Source: Edaphobacter aggregans (GTDB lineage: Bacteria > Acidobacteriota > Terriglobia > Terriglobales > Acidobacteriaceae). Taken from it: a stretch of DNA of 32,000 nucleotides. The position numbers and the translations under genes were made by a program. Positions 14,366 through 22,370 of this stretch are shown piece after piece. Positions within the stretch are counted from its first letter, which is position 1; every line of letters starts with the position of its first letter. Below the pieces are notes generated by a model. That model worked only from the letters and a program-made list of their open reading frames with translations. It searched no databases and was not told the origin of the DNA. The stretch lies in assembly GCF_003945235.1 (NCBI RefSeq), contig NZ_RSDW01000001.1, positions 3,930,001 to 3,962,000 of the forward strand, read 5' to 3'.

Positions 14366-15788
14366 CCGGCTTCCGTTGACTTCAACTTCTCCGCCTAAGC
14401 CGCCAGAGTTGCAGCGCGGGCTTTCGACGCTCTCGGCGCTGGGGTTGAATGTTATCGGCATGGTGGGTATAGGGCCATTTGTCACTCTGCCGCTGATTGT
14501 CGCAGCTATGGGTGGACCGCAGGCGATGCTGGGTTGGGTATTGGGGGCGGCCTTGTCGTTGTGCGACGGGATGGTCTGGAGCGAGTTGGGGACAACGTAT
14601 CCGGAAGCTGGGGGTTCGTATGCTTATCTGAAACATCTTTATGGCGAGCGGAGATGGGGACGAGTGTTCTCCTTTCTTTACGCATGGCAGCTCTTGTTCA
14701 GTTCGCCGTTGTCGATTGCTTCGGGTTGCATCGGGTTCTCCCAGTACGTGTCGTTCTTTCTTCCGAATGCGGCCACGCCTTTGTTTTCGACGAGGTTTGT
14801 GGGGGTTCCGATTGTCGTTAGCGGACAGACACTGATCGCGATGAGCGCGTGCGCGCTTGCGATAGCGGTGCTGTATCGGAGCATTGTTCAGATCGATAAG
14901 ATTGTTCGCTGGTTGGGCGTTGTGGTTGTCCTAACGCTTGTGTTTGTTATTTTCGCGGGTTTCACTCACTTTCATCCGAGTATGGCTTTCGATTTCCCAG
15001 CGGGGGCCTTTCATATCGATAGCGCGTTTTTCATCGGGCTGGGTGCTGGACTGCTGGTTGCAACCTATGACTACGGTGGTTATTACGGCGTTTGCTTCGT
15101 GGGCGCGGAGGTTCGCGATCCGCAGCGGACGATTCCGCGTGCGGTGTTGGGTTCGGTTGTTATTGTCGGCACACTGTACCTGCTGATGAATGTCAGCGTG
15201 CTGGGCGTGCTGCCGTGGCGTGAACTGATGCAGGATAACGGCAGCCATGCGCGAATGTTTGTCATCGCTGAGTTCATGGAGCGGTTATATGGGCATGGAG
15301 CCGCGGGTGTGATCGTGGTGTTGATCGCGGTGGCGGCGCTTTGTTCGGTGTTCGCTTTGTTGCTTGGGCAGTCGCGGATTCCGTTTGCGGCGGCTCGGGA
15401 TGGCAACTTTCCTGCGTGGTTTGGTGCGATTCATCCCAAGCTTCGGATGCCGCACCATTCGCTGCTGACGCTGGGGGCGATGACGCTGATCTGTTGCATC
15501 TTTCGATTGCAGGAGGTGATTACCGCCCTTGTGGTGATTCGCATCCTGTTCCAGTTTCTGCTGCAGGGAGTGGCGGTCCTGCTACCCAAACATCGACGGG
15601 AGCGGAGGGTGCGCGGATACCGCATGCCGCTCTATCCGATTCCTGCGTTGCTGGCGCTGAGCGGGTTTCTGTTCATTCTGTTCTCGCGGCCGAACTTTCA
15701 GCGAGAGATACGGACCGCGGGGGTGATTCTGCTGGCTGGATTGATGGTTTACCTGATTCGGTATCTGCGCCTACGGAGTGCGGTGTGA
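14334..15788 (+). CDS. APC-superfamily amino-acid/polyamine-type permease (about 12 TM)
   Basis: Sequence pattern LGLNVIGMVGIGPFVTLP...GGSYAYL. It overlaps the lyase-like stop (14363-14365). An alternative start at ATG 14355 would give an 11-nt overlap. Confidence 0.9.
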   Translation: MLCCGGSMDVSRLPLTSTSPPKPPELQRGLSTLSALGLNVIGMVGIGPFVTLPLIVAAMGGPQAMLGWVLGAALSLCDGMVWSELGTTYPEAGGSYAYLKHLYGERRWGRVFSFLYAWQLLFSSPLSIASGCIGFSQYVSFFLPNAATPLFSTRFVGVPIVVSGQTLIAMSACALAIAVLYRSIVQIDKIVRWLGVVVVLTLVFVIFAGFTHFHPSMAFDFPAGAFHIDSAFFIGLGAGLLVATYDYGGYYGVCFVGAEVRDPQRTIPRAVLGSVVIVGTLYLLMNVSVLGVLPWRELMQDNGSHARMFVIAEFMERLYGHGAAGVIVVLIAVAALCSVFALLLGQSRIPFAAARDGNFPAWFGAIHPKLRMPHHSLLTLGAMTLICCIFRLQEVITALVVIRILFQFLLQGVAVLLPKHRRERRVRGYRMPLYPIPALLALSGFLFILFSRPNFQREIRTAGVILLAGLMVYLIRYLRLRSAV

Positions 15789-15841
15789 AGGTACCCCTCC
15801 CCCCTACTTTGCCGCGTAAAGTCTAGCAGGGAAATACTTTA

Positions 15842-15872
15842 AGTCCGGACTTGCTGTTTGGAAGTCCGGACT
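15842..15872. terminator. 11-bp hairpin formed by two copies of the palindrome AGTCCGGACT
   Basis: AGTCCGGACTT (15842-15852) pairs with AAGTCCGGACT (15862-15872), with a 9-nt loop. It lies in a convergent intergenic region just upstream of the canonical terminator. Confidence 0.5.
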
Positions 15873-15880
15873 CAAAAAGG

Positions 15881-15910
15881 AAAAGGCCCCGATTGTTTTC
15901 GGGGCCTTTT
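15881..15910. terminator. bidirectional intrinsic terminator
   Basis: AAAAGGCCCCG (15881-15891) pairs with CGGGGCCTTTT (15900-15910), with an 8-nt loop. An A-tract lies on the 5' side and a T-tract on the 3' side. Confidence 0.85.
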
Positions 15911-16010
15911 GCTCTATTTCTAGTGTAACAAGCTGAGGAAGCTGATTCGGCACCTCATAATCTATTCGTTTTGAATGAGATAAGCCCGTTTTGGGATTGA
16001 CAGATCTTGG

Positions 16011-16346
16011 CTATTTGATGAGGTCGCGGTAGTCTTCGCGGGTCGGGGTGAAGACGTCGAGGACTTCGGAGGGTTCGAGGGCGGAGGCCTGGTGTTCGAC
16101 ATTGCCGTCGACGATGAAGCTGTCTCCGGCGTGGGCGTCGAAGACTTTTCCGTCAACGTCGACGCGGATAGCTCCGCTGATGACGTAGACGAGCTGATGA
16201 TGGGGGTGGCTGTGGCGGGCTCCTACCCAGCCTTCCTCGAAGTAGTGACGGACGAGCATCAACTGGTCGGTGTTGGCGAGGACCTGGCGGCGCATGCCGG
16301 GCTCGGGGGTGAAGGTTTTAGGGTCTTGGTTTTTTACGAAGGTCAT
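16011..16346 (-). CDS. cupin-domain protein (111 aa)
   Basis: Cupin motifs GARHSHPHHQLVYVISG and GDSFIVDGNVEHQA. GGAG lies 6 nt upstream of the ATG. Confidence 0.85.
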   Translation of the reverse strand: MTFVKNQDPKTFTPEPGMRRQVLANTDQLMLVRHYFEEGWVGARHSHPHHQLVYVISGAIRVDVDGKVFDAHAGDSFIVDGNVEHQASALEPSEVLDVFTPTREDYRDLIK

Positions 16347-16404
16347 CTTTGGCTCCGTCGTGGGTTGATTCCAGAGTAGCGGATGGATCGCCTGTGAGGG
16401 GAGC

Positions 16405-16555
16405 GTACTTCAGGGGCTGAAGCCCCTTGATTGCCGAACATTCTATGGCACGGCTGAAGCCGTGCCCTTAAGCAAGACGGTTCGCGCTTTGCGCGAATGA
16501 ACCCAGGTCTCAGAACCGAGACCTGGGGCACCCGCACCCGGTGGGTTTCTTTTCT
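16405..16555 (+). repeat. intergenic multi-hairpin repeat cluster, copy B
   Basis: Four perfect hairpins occur in series. The first is AGGGGC-TGAA-GCCCCT at 16412-16427. The second is GGCACGGC-TGAA-GCCGTGCC at 16447-16466. The third is TTCGCGC-TTT-GCGCGAA at 16481-16497. The fourth is CCCAGGTCTC-AGAACC-GAGACCTGGG at 16502-16527. A T-rich tail tttcttttct follows. Confidence 0.65.
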
Positions 16556-16629
16556 CATAGTCGCAACGGAGTGAGTTGGAAGTGAGACGGTACACTGAGC
16601 ATTCGAAAAATTCTGCGAAAGGAGCACTG

Positions 16630-16986
16630 ATGCTCTCAGAAACCGAGGCTCGGCAATTTGCGCATAGTTGGATTCAGGCTTGGAACTCCCATGATCTCGA
16701 GGCTGTTATGTCTCACTATGCACCGGAGGTTGTTTTGACTTCGCCTACAGCGGCGAAGTTATTGAGTGATCCTTCTGGGACCGTTACCGGCAAAGAAGGC
16801 GTGCGGAGTTATTTTGAGCGTGGGCTTGAGGCCTACCCGAATCTCAACTTCGAACTTCTGGACGTGATGTGGGGAGTTTCCAGTGTCGTTCTCTGCTACC
16901 TAAATCAGAAGGGCACGAAGACTGGGGAGTTTATGGAATTCGATGCGGGACGGAAGGTTGTCAGAGTCGTCGCTAATTACACGTGA
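16630..16986 (+). CDS. NTF2-like / SnoaL-like small protein (118 aa)
   Basis: ATG at 16630 with AAGGAG (16619-16624) and a 5-nt spacer. The N-terminal pattern ARQFAHSWIQAWNSHDLEAVMSHYAPEVVL is typical of SnoaL/NTF2-like folds. Confidence 0.72.
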   Translation: MLSETEARQFAHSWIQAWNSHDLEAVMSHYAPEVVLTSPTAAKLLSDPSGTVTGKEGVRSYFERGLEAYPNLNFELLDVMWGVSSVVLCYLNQKGTKTGEFMEFDAGRKVVRVVANYT

Positions 16987-17064
16987 ACGTACGGCTCAAC
17001 CATCAAGGAACGCGATACCACTTCATTTGGCCAAACGCGAAAGAACGCTGAAGGAATTAATTAA

Positions 17065-17751
17065 ATGTTGGTAATGAGGTTTCGACAAAAATCTGGCGCG
17101 AAGGTGAGGTTCTTTCAAGTATTTCTTTTAGTGCTTATCCAGTCCTCCGCGATGGCTTGGCCGCAGTCTCATGCGGCAGACCTGCGGAGTGTTGACTTCA
17201 AGAACTTCTCTTATCCGTGGGTTCACCCGAGTAGTTGGCCAAACCATCTACAGTGGATGAGCCTTCGGCTAAAGCAGCATATTCGGTTAGTTAACGGGAA
17301 ATGGGACGAGCGCGATGAAAGTGACAGATCCAACCATTTGCCGTTCTCGGGAGTTACACTCGAAGGAATTAAATACGGCAGGCTCTCTAGCAACAACAGC
17401 GAGGATGCGATCGTAGTTCTTCGGTACGACTCCGGAGGTACGCAATATCACTATTGGGTTTATATTTACGGCGACTCAGGCGGGACACCTAAACTGTTGG
17501 GCTTCTTTCACGCAGGTGACCGTGCCGCACATGGTCTTTATCAAGTTTTTGTCAAAGACCAGATTCTGAACGTTCGGCTTTTCGATCCAAAGTACCAAGA
17601 GGGCGATTGCTGCTCTAACGGATACCTAAACTATCAATTTCGCTGGAATGGAGAGGGCTTCGATGCGATGGGGAATCCTGTCTCGGGGCGCGTAGATTCG
17701 AAGTCGCAGAGGCCTGTCTCACTCTTTGGACTACCGATAGATCGACCTTAA
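17065..17751 (+). CDS. orphan exported hypothetical protein (228 aa) in a low-GC islet
   Basis: Signal-peptide-like VRFFQVFLLVLIQSSAMAWPQSHA. No family recognised. A strong terminator follows. G+C is clearly lower than in the flanking genes. Confidence 0.6.
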   Translation: MLVMRFRQKSGAKVRFFQVFLLVLIQSSAMAWPQSHAADLRSVDFKNFSYPWVHPSSWPNHLQWMSLRLKQHIRLVNGKWDERDESDRSNHLPFSGVTLEGIKYGRLSSNNSEDAIVVLRYDSGGTQYHYWVYIYGDSGGTPKLLGFFHAGDRAAHGLYQVFVKDQILNVRLFDPKYQEGDCCSNGYLNYQFRWNGEGFDAMGNPVSGRVDSKSQRPVSLFGLPIDRP

Positions 17752-17779
17752 AACAATCAGAGATCTAAAGGAGACAAAT

Positions 17780-17811
17780 GCAAAGAGGCGAGCTTTCGCT
17801 CGCCTCTTTGC
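17780..17811. terminator. bidirectional terminator hairpin
   Basis: 14-bp stem GCAAAGAGGCGAGC / GCTCGCCTCTTTGC with a TTTC loop, between convergent stops at 17751 (+) and 17825 (-). Confidence 0.85.
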
Positions 17812-17824
17812 GGATCAGGAACGG

Positions 17825-20800
17825 TTAGTTGTGAGGGTAGTCGACCCTTATGGTTAGGATTTCGTAGGGGCTGATGGGGGCTGTGACTTTGTTGTTGGAC
17901 ACCGTTAGGGGGGAGCCTTGTGGCTTCTCCATGAGGTTGGTTTCGGTGGCGGAGGTGGCTCCGGTGGGGACGGTGAAGGTTACATCGGATTGTTTGCCGG
18001 CCCACTCGAAGACGCGGAAGATGAGGCCGTTGTCGTCCTCAGCTTTTTTGATTGCGGTGAGGATTACGTTCTCCGGTGTGACGGAGGCGTAGGAGTGCTC
18101 GAGGGGTAGGGTGCCGGTGTGGGAGCCGACCTGTGCGGCGCGCAGTTCGTAGTTGTATTGGTAGCCGCGGCGTGCGGTGAGGGCCTGTTTCCATGTTCCG
18201 GCGTGCGGGTAGAGGGCGTAGCTGAAGTGCTGGTGGCCGCGGTCGGCTTCGGGGTCGGGCCAGGTGGCGGAGCGCAGGAGGGTTAGGCGCAGGACGTTGC
18301 CTGCGGCGTCGTAGCCGTATTTGGCTTCGTTGAGGAGCGAGAAGCCGTGCTGGGCGTCGCCGAGGTCGGCCCAGCGGAGAGCGGGGACTTCGAACTTGGC
18401 TTGCTCCCAGGTGTTATTGCGGGTAGTGGTGCGCTCGATGTTGCCGTAGGGGATGTCGTAGGTGGCCATGGGGCCAGTGGCGGCGAGCGGGAAGGCTGCC
18501 TTGAGGAGGACGTGGGTCTCGTGCCAGTCGATGTCGTTGATGACGTCGACGGTGTCGGTGTTGGCGTAGAGCTGGAGGTCCTGAACGAACTTCGAGGACT
18601 GCCAGGTGCGGGTGACGCGGATGACGGCACGCATGGGGCCGCTCTCGACGAGCTTGACCGAGTCAACGTTGCTGATGGGGGTCATGTGGTCGAGAGTGCC
18701 GGGGTCGATGTTCCAGGCGTCGTATTCCTTGGGGAGATCGTGGAAGGTCTGGAGCTGGTTGCCGCAGGCTCCGCTGGCGAGGGACTCGAAGTTGGACTTC
18801 TTGTCGTAGAGGCTGGTGATGCAGCCGGTGGAGGAGTCTACGACTACCTTGAGGAAGGCGTTCTCCATCGTGGTGCCGCTGGCTTTGAGGTCCGTCGCAA
18901 AGGGCTTGGTTCCTGCAGTGACGTGGAGTACCTGATAGCCCATGGAGGGGACGTCTTTTGCGGCGATCAGGATTTTGTAGGTGTTGGTCTTGGGGTCGCT
19001 CTCGGTGACGAATGAGGGCAGGACGTTGTTGTGGGCGTCGAGGACTGAGACGCCGTTGGTGGATGCGGTGGGAAGCTGGACTGTCGCGGTGGTGATGCCG
19101 GTGTGGCTCCAGGCGAGCGGGTTGAAGACGAGGACGGGTACTTCGCCTGCGGCTTTGGTGTTGATGCCTGCGGCGAGGGTGTTGAGGGCGTTGGTTGAGA
19201 TTTCGTTGGTGGCCCAGCGGACCTGGTCGAATTCGGCCTGTGCTTCTTTGTAGATGATGCCGATGCCGGAGCCGGCGGCGAGGTCGTGGAAGCCGTTGAA
19301 GGCAATCTTCTTCCAGGCGTCGGTGAGTTCGGCGTGGGGGTAGGGCTTGCCGTCGAGCCATGCGAGAGAGGCTAACTTTTCGGCGTTGATGGTGCGCTCT
19401 TCGGATTCGCGCATGTTGCGCTTGTGCTGGGCCTGGGTGGTCATGACTCCGCGGTGGTACTCGAAGTACATCTCATCCTTCCAGGTGGGGATGGCGATTT
19501 TGCCGGGGTCGGGCGTGGGGAAGGTGTAGCCCTTGGCGATGGAGGTGTAGTTCCAGACGGGCGAGTTGGGGGAGAGGTTTTGCTCGGAGTTGGTGAAGAA
19601 GGATTGGGCGACGCCGAACTGGATGTTGGGCATGATCTTGCCGGGCTGGGCCCAGTGATTGCCCTCGTCGAGGATGGCGCGGGTGGGGCCGCCGCCGTGG
19701 TCGCCGATGCCGTAGAGGTCCATCATCTTTTCCATGCCGGGTGCGCGTTGGCGGGCCACGGCGAGGTCGGCGGAGAGGCGGACGGGGTTGAGGTTATTGT
19801 TGGCGTAGTCGTGCGGGAAGTAGGTGAGGACTTTGCTGCCGTCGGGAGACTGCCACCAGAAGAGCTTGAAGGGGAGCTGGTTGGTGTCGTTCCAGGTCAT
19901 CTTCTGGGTGACGAAGTAGTCCATGCCAGAGCGTTTGTAGATCTGGGGGAGCTGCCAGTTGTAGCCGAAGGAGTCGGGGTTCCAGCCGATGCGGACGTCG
20001 ACGCCGTACTGGTCTTTGAAGAAGCGCTTGCCGATGAGGAGGGAGCGGACCTGGGATTCGCCATCGGGCATGTTGAGATCGGGCTCGACCCACATGCCGC
20101 CGACGATCTCCCATCGGCCTTCCTTGATGCGCTTTTTGATCTCTTCGTTGATGGCTGGGTATTTTTGCGCGATCCAGTCGTTGTAGGCGGCGGCGGATTG
20201 GGTGTAGGTGTAGTCGGGGTACTCGTTCATGAGCTGGAGCGCGGTGGAGAAGGTGCGCTTGACTACGTCGACGGTTTCGGTAACGGGCCAGAGCCATGCG
20301 GCGTCGATGTGGGAGTTGCCGGTGAGATGGAATGTGGCTTGTTGCAGAACGGGCTTGATGGGCTCGAGCTTTTGGCGGGAGGCGGTGAGGGAGGCGTCGA
20401 ATTTTGATTGGTCGGCGGCTTCGAGGGCGGCGAGATCAACGGTGGTGATGGATTGGTTGAGGGTGGCTAGGTCCTGCGTGGGGTTCTTGGAGAGCGAGGG
20501 CAGGAGGGCGGCGCTGGAGAGGAACTCGGTGCGAAGGTCGGAGGGGTTGGGGCGGCCGGAGGCGAAGTCGATCTTCATGGTCGCGCGGTCGAAGGTCTTG
20601 GTGTCGACGGTGTGGAGGAGTTTTACGGCGATGAGGACCTTGTCGCCGGGCTTGGCCTGGTCGAAGAGGACGATGGGTTCGAGGTCGTCACCGAGGGCTA
20701 CGCGGCGGCCGTTGAAGTAGATGATCTGCGGCATGGGGCCGTTGGCGTTGGCACGGAATTGGAACCAGATGCGGGCTCCGGTGAGGTCGTAGCCATTGAG

Positions 20801-21124
20801 ATTTTTGGGGACTTCGACGAGGCGACGGAACCAGACGGCGTCGTTGGGGGCGTGGCTGCGGGGCTTGACGATGGGCCAGGAGGAGTCGTCGAGGTTCGGG
20901 TCTTCGCCGTGGGCGAGGTCGCCTACGTGGGAACGCCACTCGTCGGCGGGGAGGTTGTCGAGGGTGCCGAGGCGCTCGACGACTTTTTGGGAGTTGGCGG
21001 GGAGGGTTGCGATGATGTCGGCGATCTCTTTGGGGGATTGCGCGTGGGCGGGGATCAGGGCGGCGGTGACGAAGGCGGTGAGGAGGATCGTGGTGATACG
21101 GCGCAGAGAGGCGATGACAGTCAA
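17825..21124 (-). CDS. exported GH38-family alpha-mannosidase (Ams1/TM1851-type architecture, 1099 aa)
   Basis: TTG start with AGGAG (21131-21135) and a 6-nt spacer. Signal peptide TILLTAFVTAALIPAHAQS. GH38 core: GNSHIDAAWLWP...GRWEIVGGMWVEPDLNMPDGES...GWNPDSFGY. Confidence 0.92.
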   Translation of the reverse strand: MTVIASLRRITTILLTAFVTAALIPAHAQSPKEIADIIATLPANSQKVVERLGTLDNLPADEWRSHVGDLAHGEDPNLDDSSWPIVKPRSHAPNDAVWFRRLVEVPKNLNGYDLTGARIWFQFRANANGPMPQIIYFNGRRVALGDDLEPIVLFDQAKPGDKVLIAVKLLHTVDTKTFDRATMKIDFASGRPNPSDLRTEFLSSAALLPSLSKNPTQDLATLNQSITTVDLAALEAADQSKFDASLTASRQKLEPIKPVLQQATFHLTGNSHIDAAWLWPVTETVDVVKRTFSTALQLMNEYPDYTYTQSAAAYNDWIAQKYPAINEEIKKRIKEGRWEIVGGMWVEPDLNMPDGESQVRSLLIGKRFFKDQYGVDVRIGWNPDSFGYNWQLPQIYKRSGMDYFVTQKMTWNDTNQLPFKLFWWQSPDGSKVLTYFPHDYANNNLNPVRLSADLAVARQRAPGMEKMMDLYGIGDHGGGPTRAILDEGNHWAQPGKIMPNIQFGVAQSFFTNSEQNLSPNSPVWNYTSIAKGYTFPTPDPGKIAIPTWKDEMYFEYHRGVMTTQAQHKRNMRESEERTINAEKLASLAWLDGKPYPHAELTDAWKKIAFNGFHDLAAGSGIGIIYKEAQAEFDQVRWATNEISTNALNTLAAGINTKAAGEVPVLVFNPLAWSHTGITTATVQLPTASTNGVSVLDAHNNVLPSFVTESDPKTNTYKILIAAKDVPSMGYQVLHVTAGTKPFATDLKASGTTMENAFLKVVVDSSTGCITSLYDKKSNFESLASGACGNQLQTFHDLPKEYDAWNIDPGTLDHMTPISNVDSVKLVESGPMRAVIRVTRTWQSSKFVQDLQLYANTDTVDVINDIDWHETHVLLKAAFPLAATGPMATYDIPYGNIERTTTRNNTWEQAKFEVPALRWADLGDAQHGFSLLNEAKYGYDAAGNVLRLTLLRSATWPDPEADRGHQHFSYALYPHAGTWKQALTARRGYQYNYELRAAQVGSHTGTLPLEHSYASVTPENVILTAIKKAEDDNGLIFRVFEWAGKQSDVTFTVPTGATSATETNLMEKPQGSPLTVSNNKVTAPISPYEILTIRVDYPHN

Positions 21125-21269
21125 GTGCGACTCCTTTGGGTTCTGTCCGGTTTCGTTAGCGGTTACTTTGAACGACCAGATTTTCCGGTAAAAGCGAACA
21201 GAGGGAGTCTAACGCACTTTGCGCTCCTCGTGGACCGGGAGCGCAGGGCGGATTTAGATGGGAGACGGA

Positions 21270-22325
21270 TTAGCGTTTGAGGATGGCTTCGAGGTATTCG
21301 AGGGCTCGGGGGTCTTTGGATTGGCCCAGCCAGAAGATGGCTTCTTTGCGAATGGTGGGGTTGGAGTTGGTGTCGGCTACGTGCATGAGTTGGGGGACGC
21401 CTTCGTCTTTGGGAAGCTGGCTGAGCGCGAAGACGGCTTTCTTTTTAACTTGCAGTTCGGGGTCGTTCTGGATGGCGTCGGTGATAGCGGCGCTAGCTTT
21501 CTTGCCGGCCTTTTGGGCCAGCCAGAAGATGGCCTGACCGCGGACCTGCGGGCTGGAGTCGGACTTGGCCATTTTGAGGAGTTCGTCCGTCGCGGCGGGG
21601 TCAGAGTTGATGGAGAGGTCGAAGGTTAGTTTTTCGCGGAGTTTGGGATCTTGTTCTTTGGTGATGAGCTGCTGAAGGACGAGGAAACCTTCGTGTCCGC
21701 GCTTGGCACCCAGCCAGAAGGCGGCTTTTTCGCGGAGGCGCGGGGTGTTGGTCGGGGCGGCGAGTGAGGCGAGGGCCTCAGTCGCGGCTGGAGTGGCATG
21801 CATGGCGAGGGTGACGAGGGAGTCTTCCGTGACGCGTTTGCCCTGATCGTCCTCGGGCTGAGCGGCGAGCTTGGTCAGGAAGGTTACGCTGTCGTTGGGC
21901 TGGACGCCGGTGAGCCAGGTGAAGGGGACGCCGCCTGCGTTGAGCCGGCAGCCTGCGTTGGCGGGACGGACTTTGATGATGGCTCCGTGATCGAGGCGGA
22001 GGAGGACGTACATGTTAGCTGGCGATGGTTTTTGATCGCTGCTGCTCATGCCGTCTCGCGTGGACTCGAGTTGATATTCACCGCAGCATCCATCTTCAGA
22101 CTGTGATGCGCCCTCAGAATCTGAACATGAAGAGAAATTCGTTCGTGGAAGAGCAGGCACTTCATATCCAAGCCATTGGGGCTGAGTTGAGCGCTGAAAT
22201 CGCGCCACCGTCGCGGACAGTCCTGCGCCTGCGGGCTCAGTGTTGAACTGCGTGTTGATGACTTTAGGCTGTTGCGCGACGATGGCGGACGCGCTGAGGA
22301 TGAGGGCGATGAGAAAGTGTTTCAC
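21270..22325 (-). CDS. exported HEAT-repeat protein with a Cys-containing N-terminal domain (351 aa)
   Basis: GTG start with AGGAGG 9 nt upstream. Signal peptide MKHFLIALILSASAIVAQQ. HEAT-like repeats: TPRLREKAAFWLGAK, SPQVRGQAIFWLAQ, DPELQVKKKAVFALSQL, NPTIRKEAIFWLGQS. Confidence 0.8.
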   Translation of the reverse strand: MKHFLIALILSASAIVAQQPKVINTQFNTEPAGAGLSATVARFQRSTQPQWLGYEVPALPRTNFSSCSDSEGASQSEDGCCGEYQLESTRDGMSSSDQKPSPANMYVLLRLDHGAIIKVRPANAGCRLNAGGVPFTWLTGVQPNDSVTFLTKLAAQPEDDQGKRVTEDSLVTLAMHATPAATEALASLAAPTNTPRLREKAAFWLGAKRGHEGFLVLQQLITKEQDPKLREKLTFDLSINSDPAATDELLKMAKSDSSPQVRGQAIFWLAQKAGKKASAAITDAIQNDPELQVKKKAVFALSQLPKDEGVPQLMHVADTNSNPTIRKEAIFWLGQSKDPRALEYLEAILKR

Positions 22326-22370
22326 GGCGTAGTTCCTCCTGACGATGTGGGGGGCGATTGCTGGCGTCGG

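Noticed and set aside
15841-15872. Two copies of the 10-bp palindrome AGTCCGGACT spaced 21 bp apart, considered as paired transcription-factor sites
   Set aside because: They lie in a convergent 3' intergenic region with no promoter to regulate. The two copies are complementary to each other and form an 11-bp hairpin directly upstream of a canonical terminator. A tandem-terminator structure is the simpler reading.
305-16555. Hairpin-repeat clusters at 305-440 and 16405-16555, considered as CRISPR arrays
   Set aside because: There is no constant direct repeat alternating with unique spacers. The units are different palindromic hairpins, and no cas genes are present in the window.
18347-21280. 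Plus-strand ORFs 18347-19015, 19424-20407 and 20612-21280, and Pro/Arg-rich minus-strand alternate frames, inside the GH38 gene
   Set aside because: These are low-complexity antisense or off-frame translations. The GH38 frame is continuous over 1099 aa with catalytic motifs.
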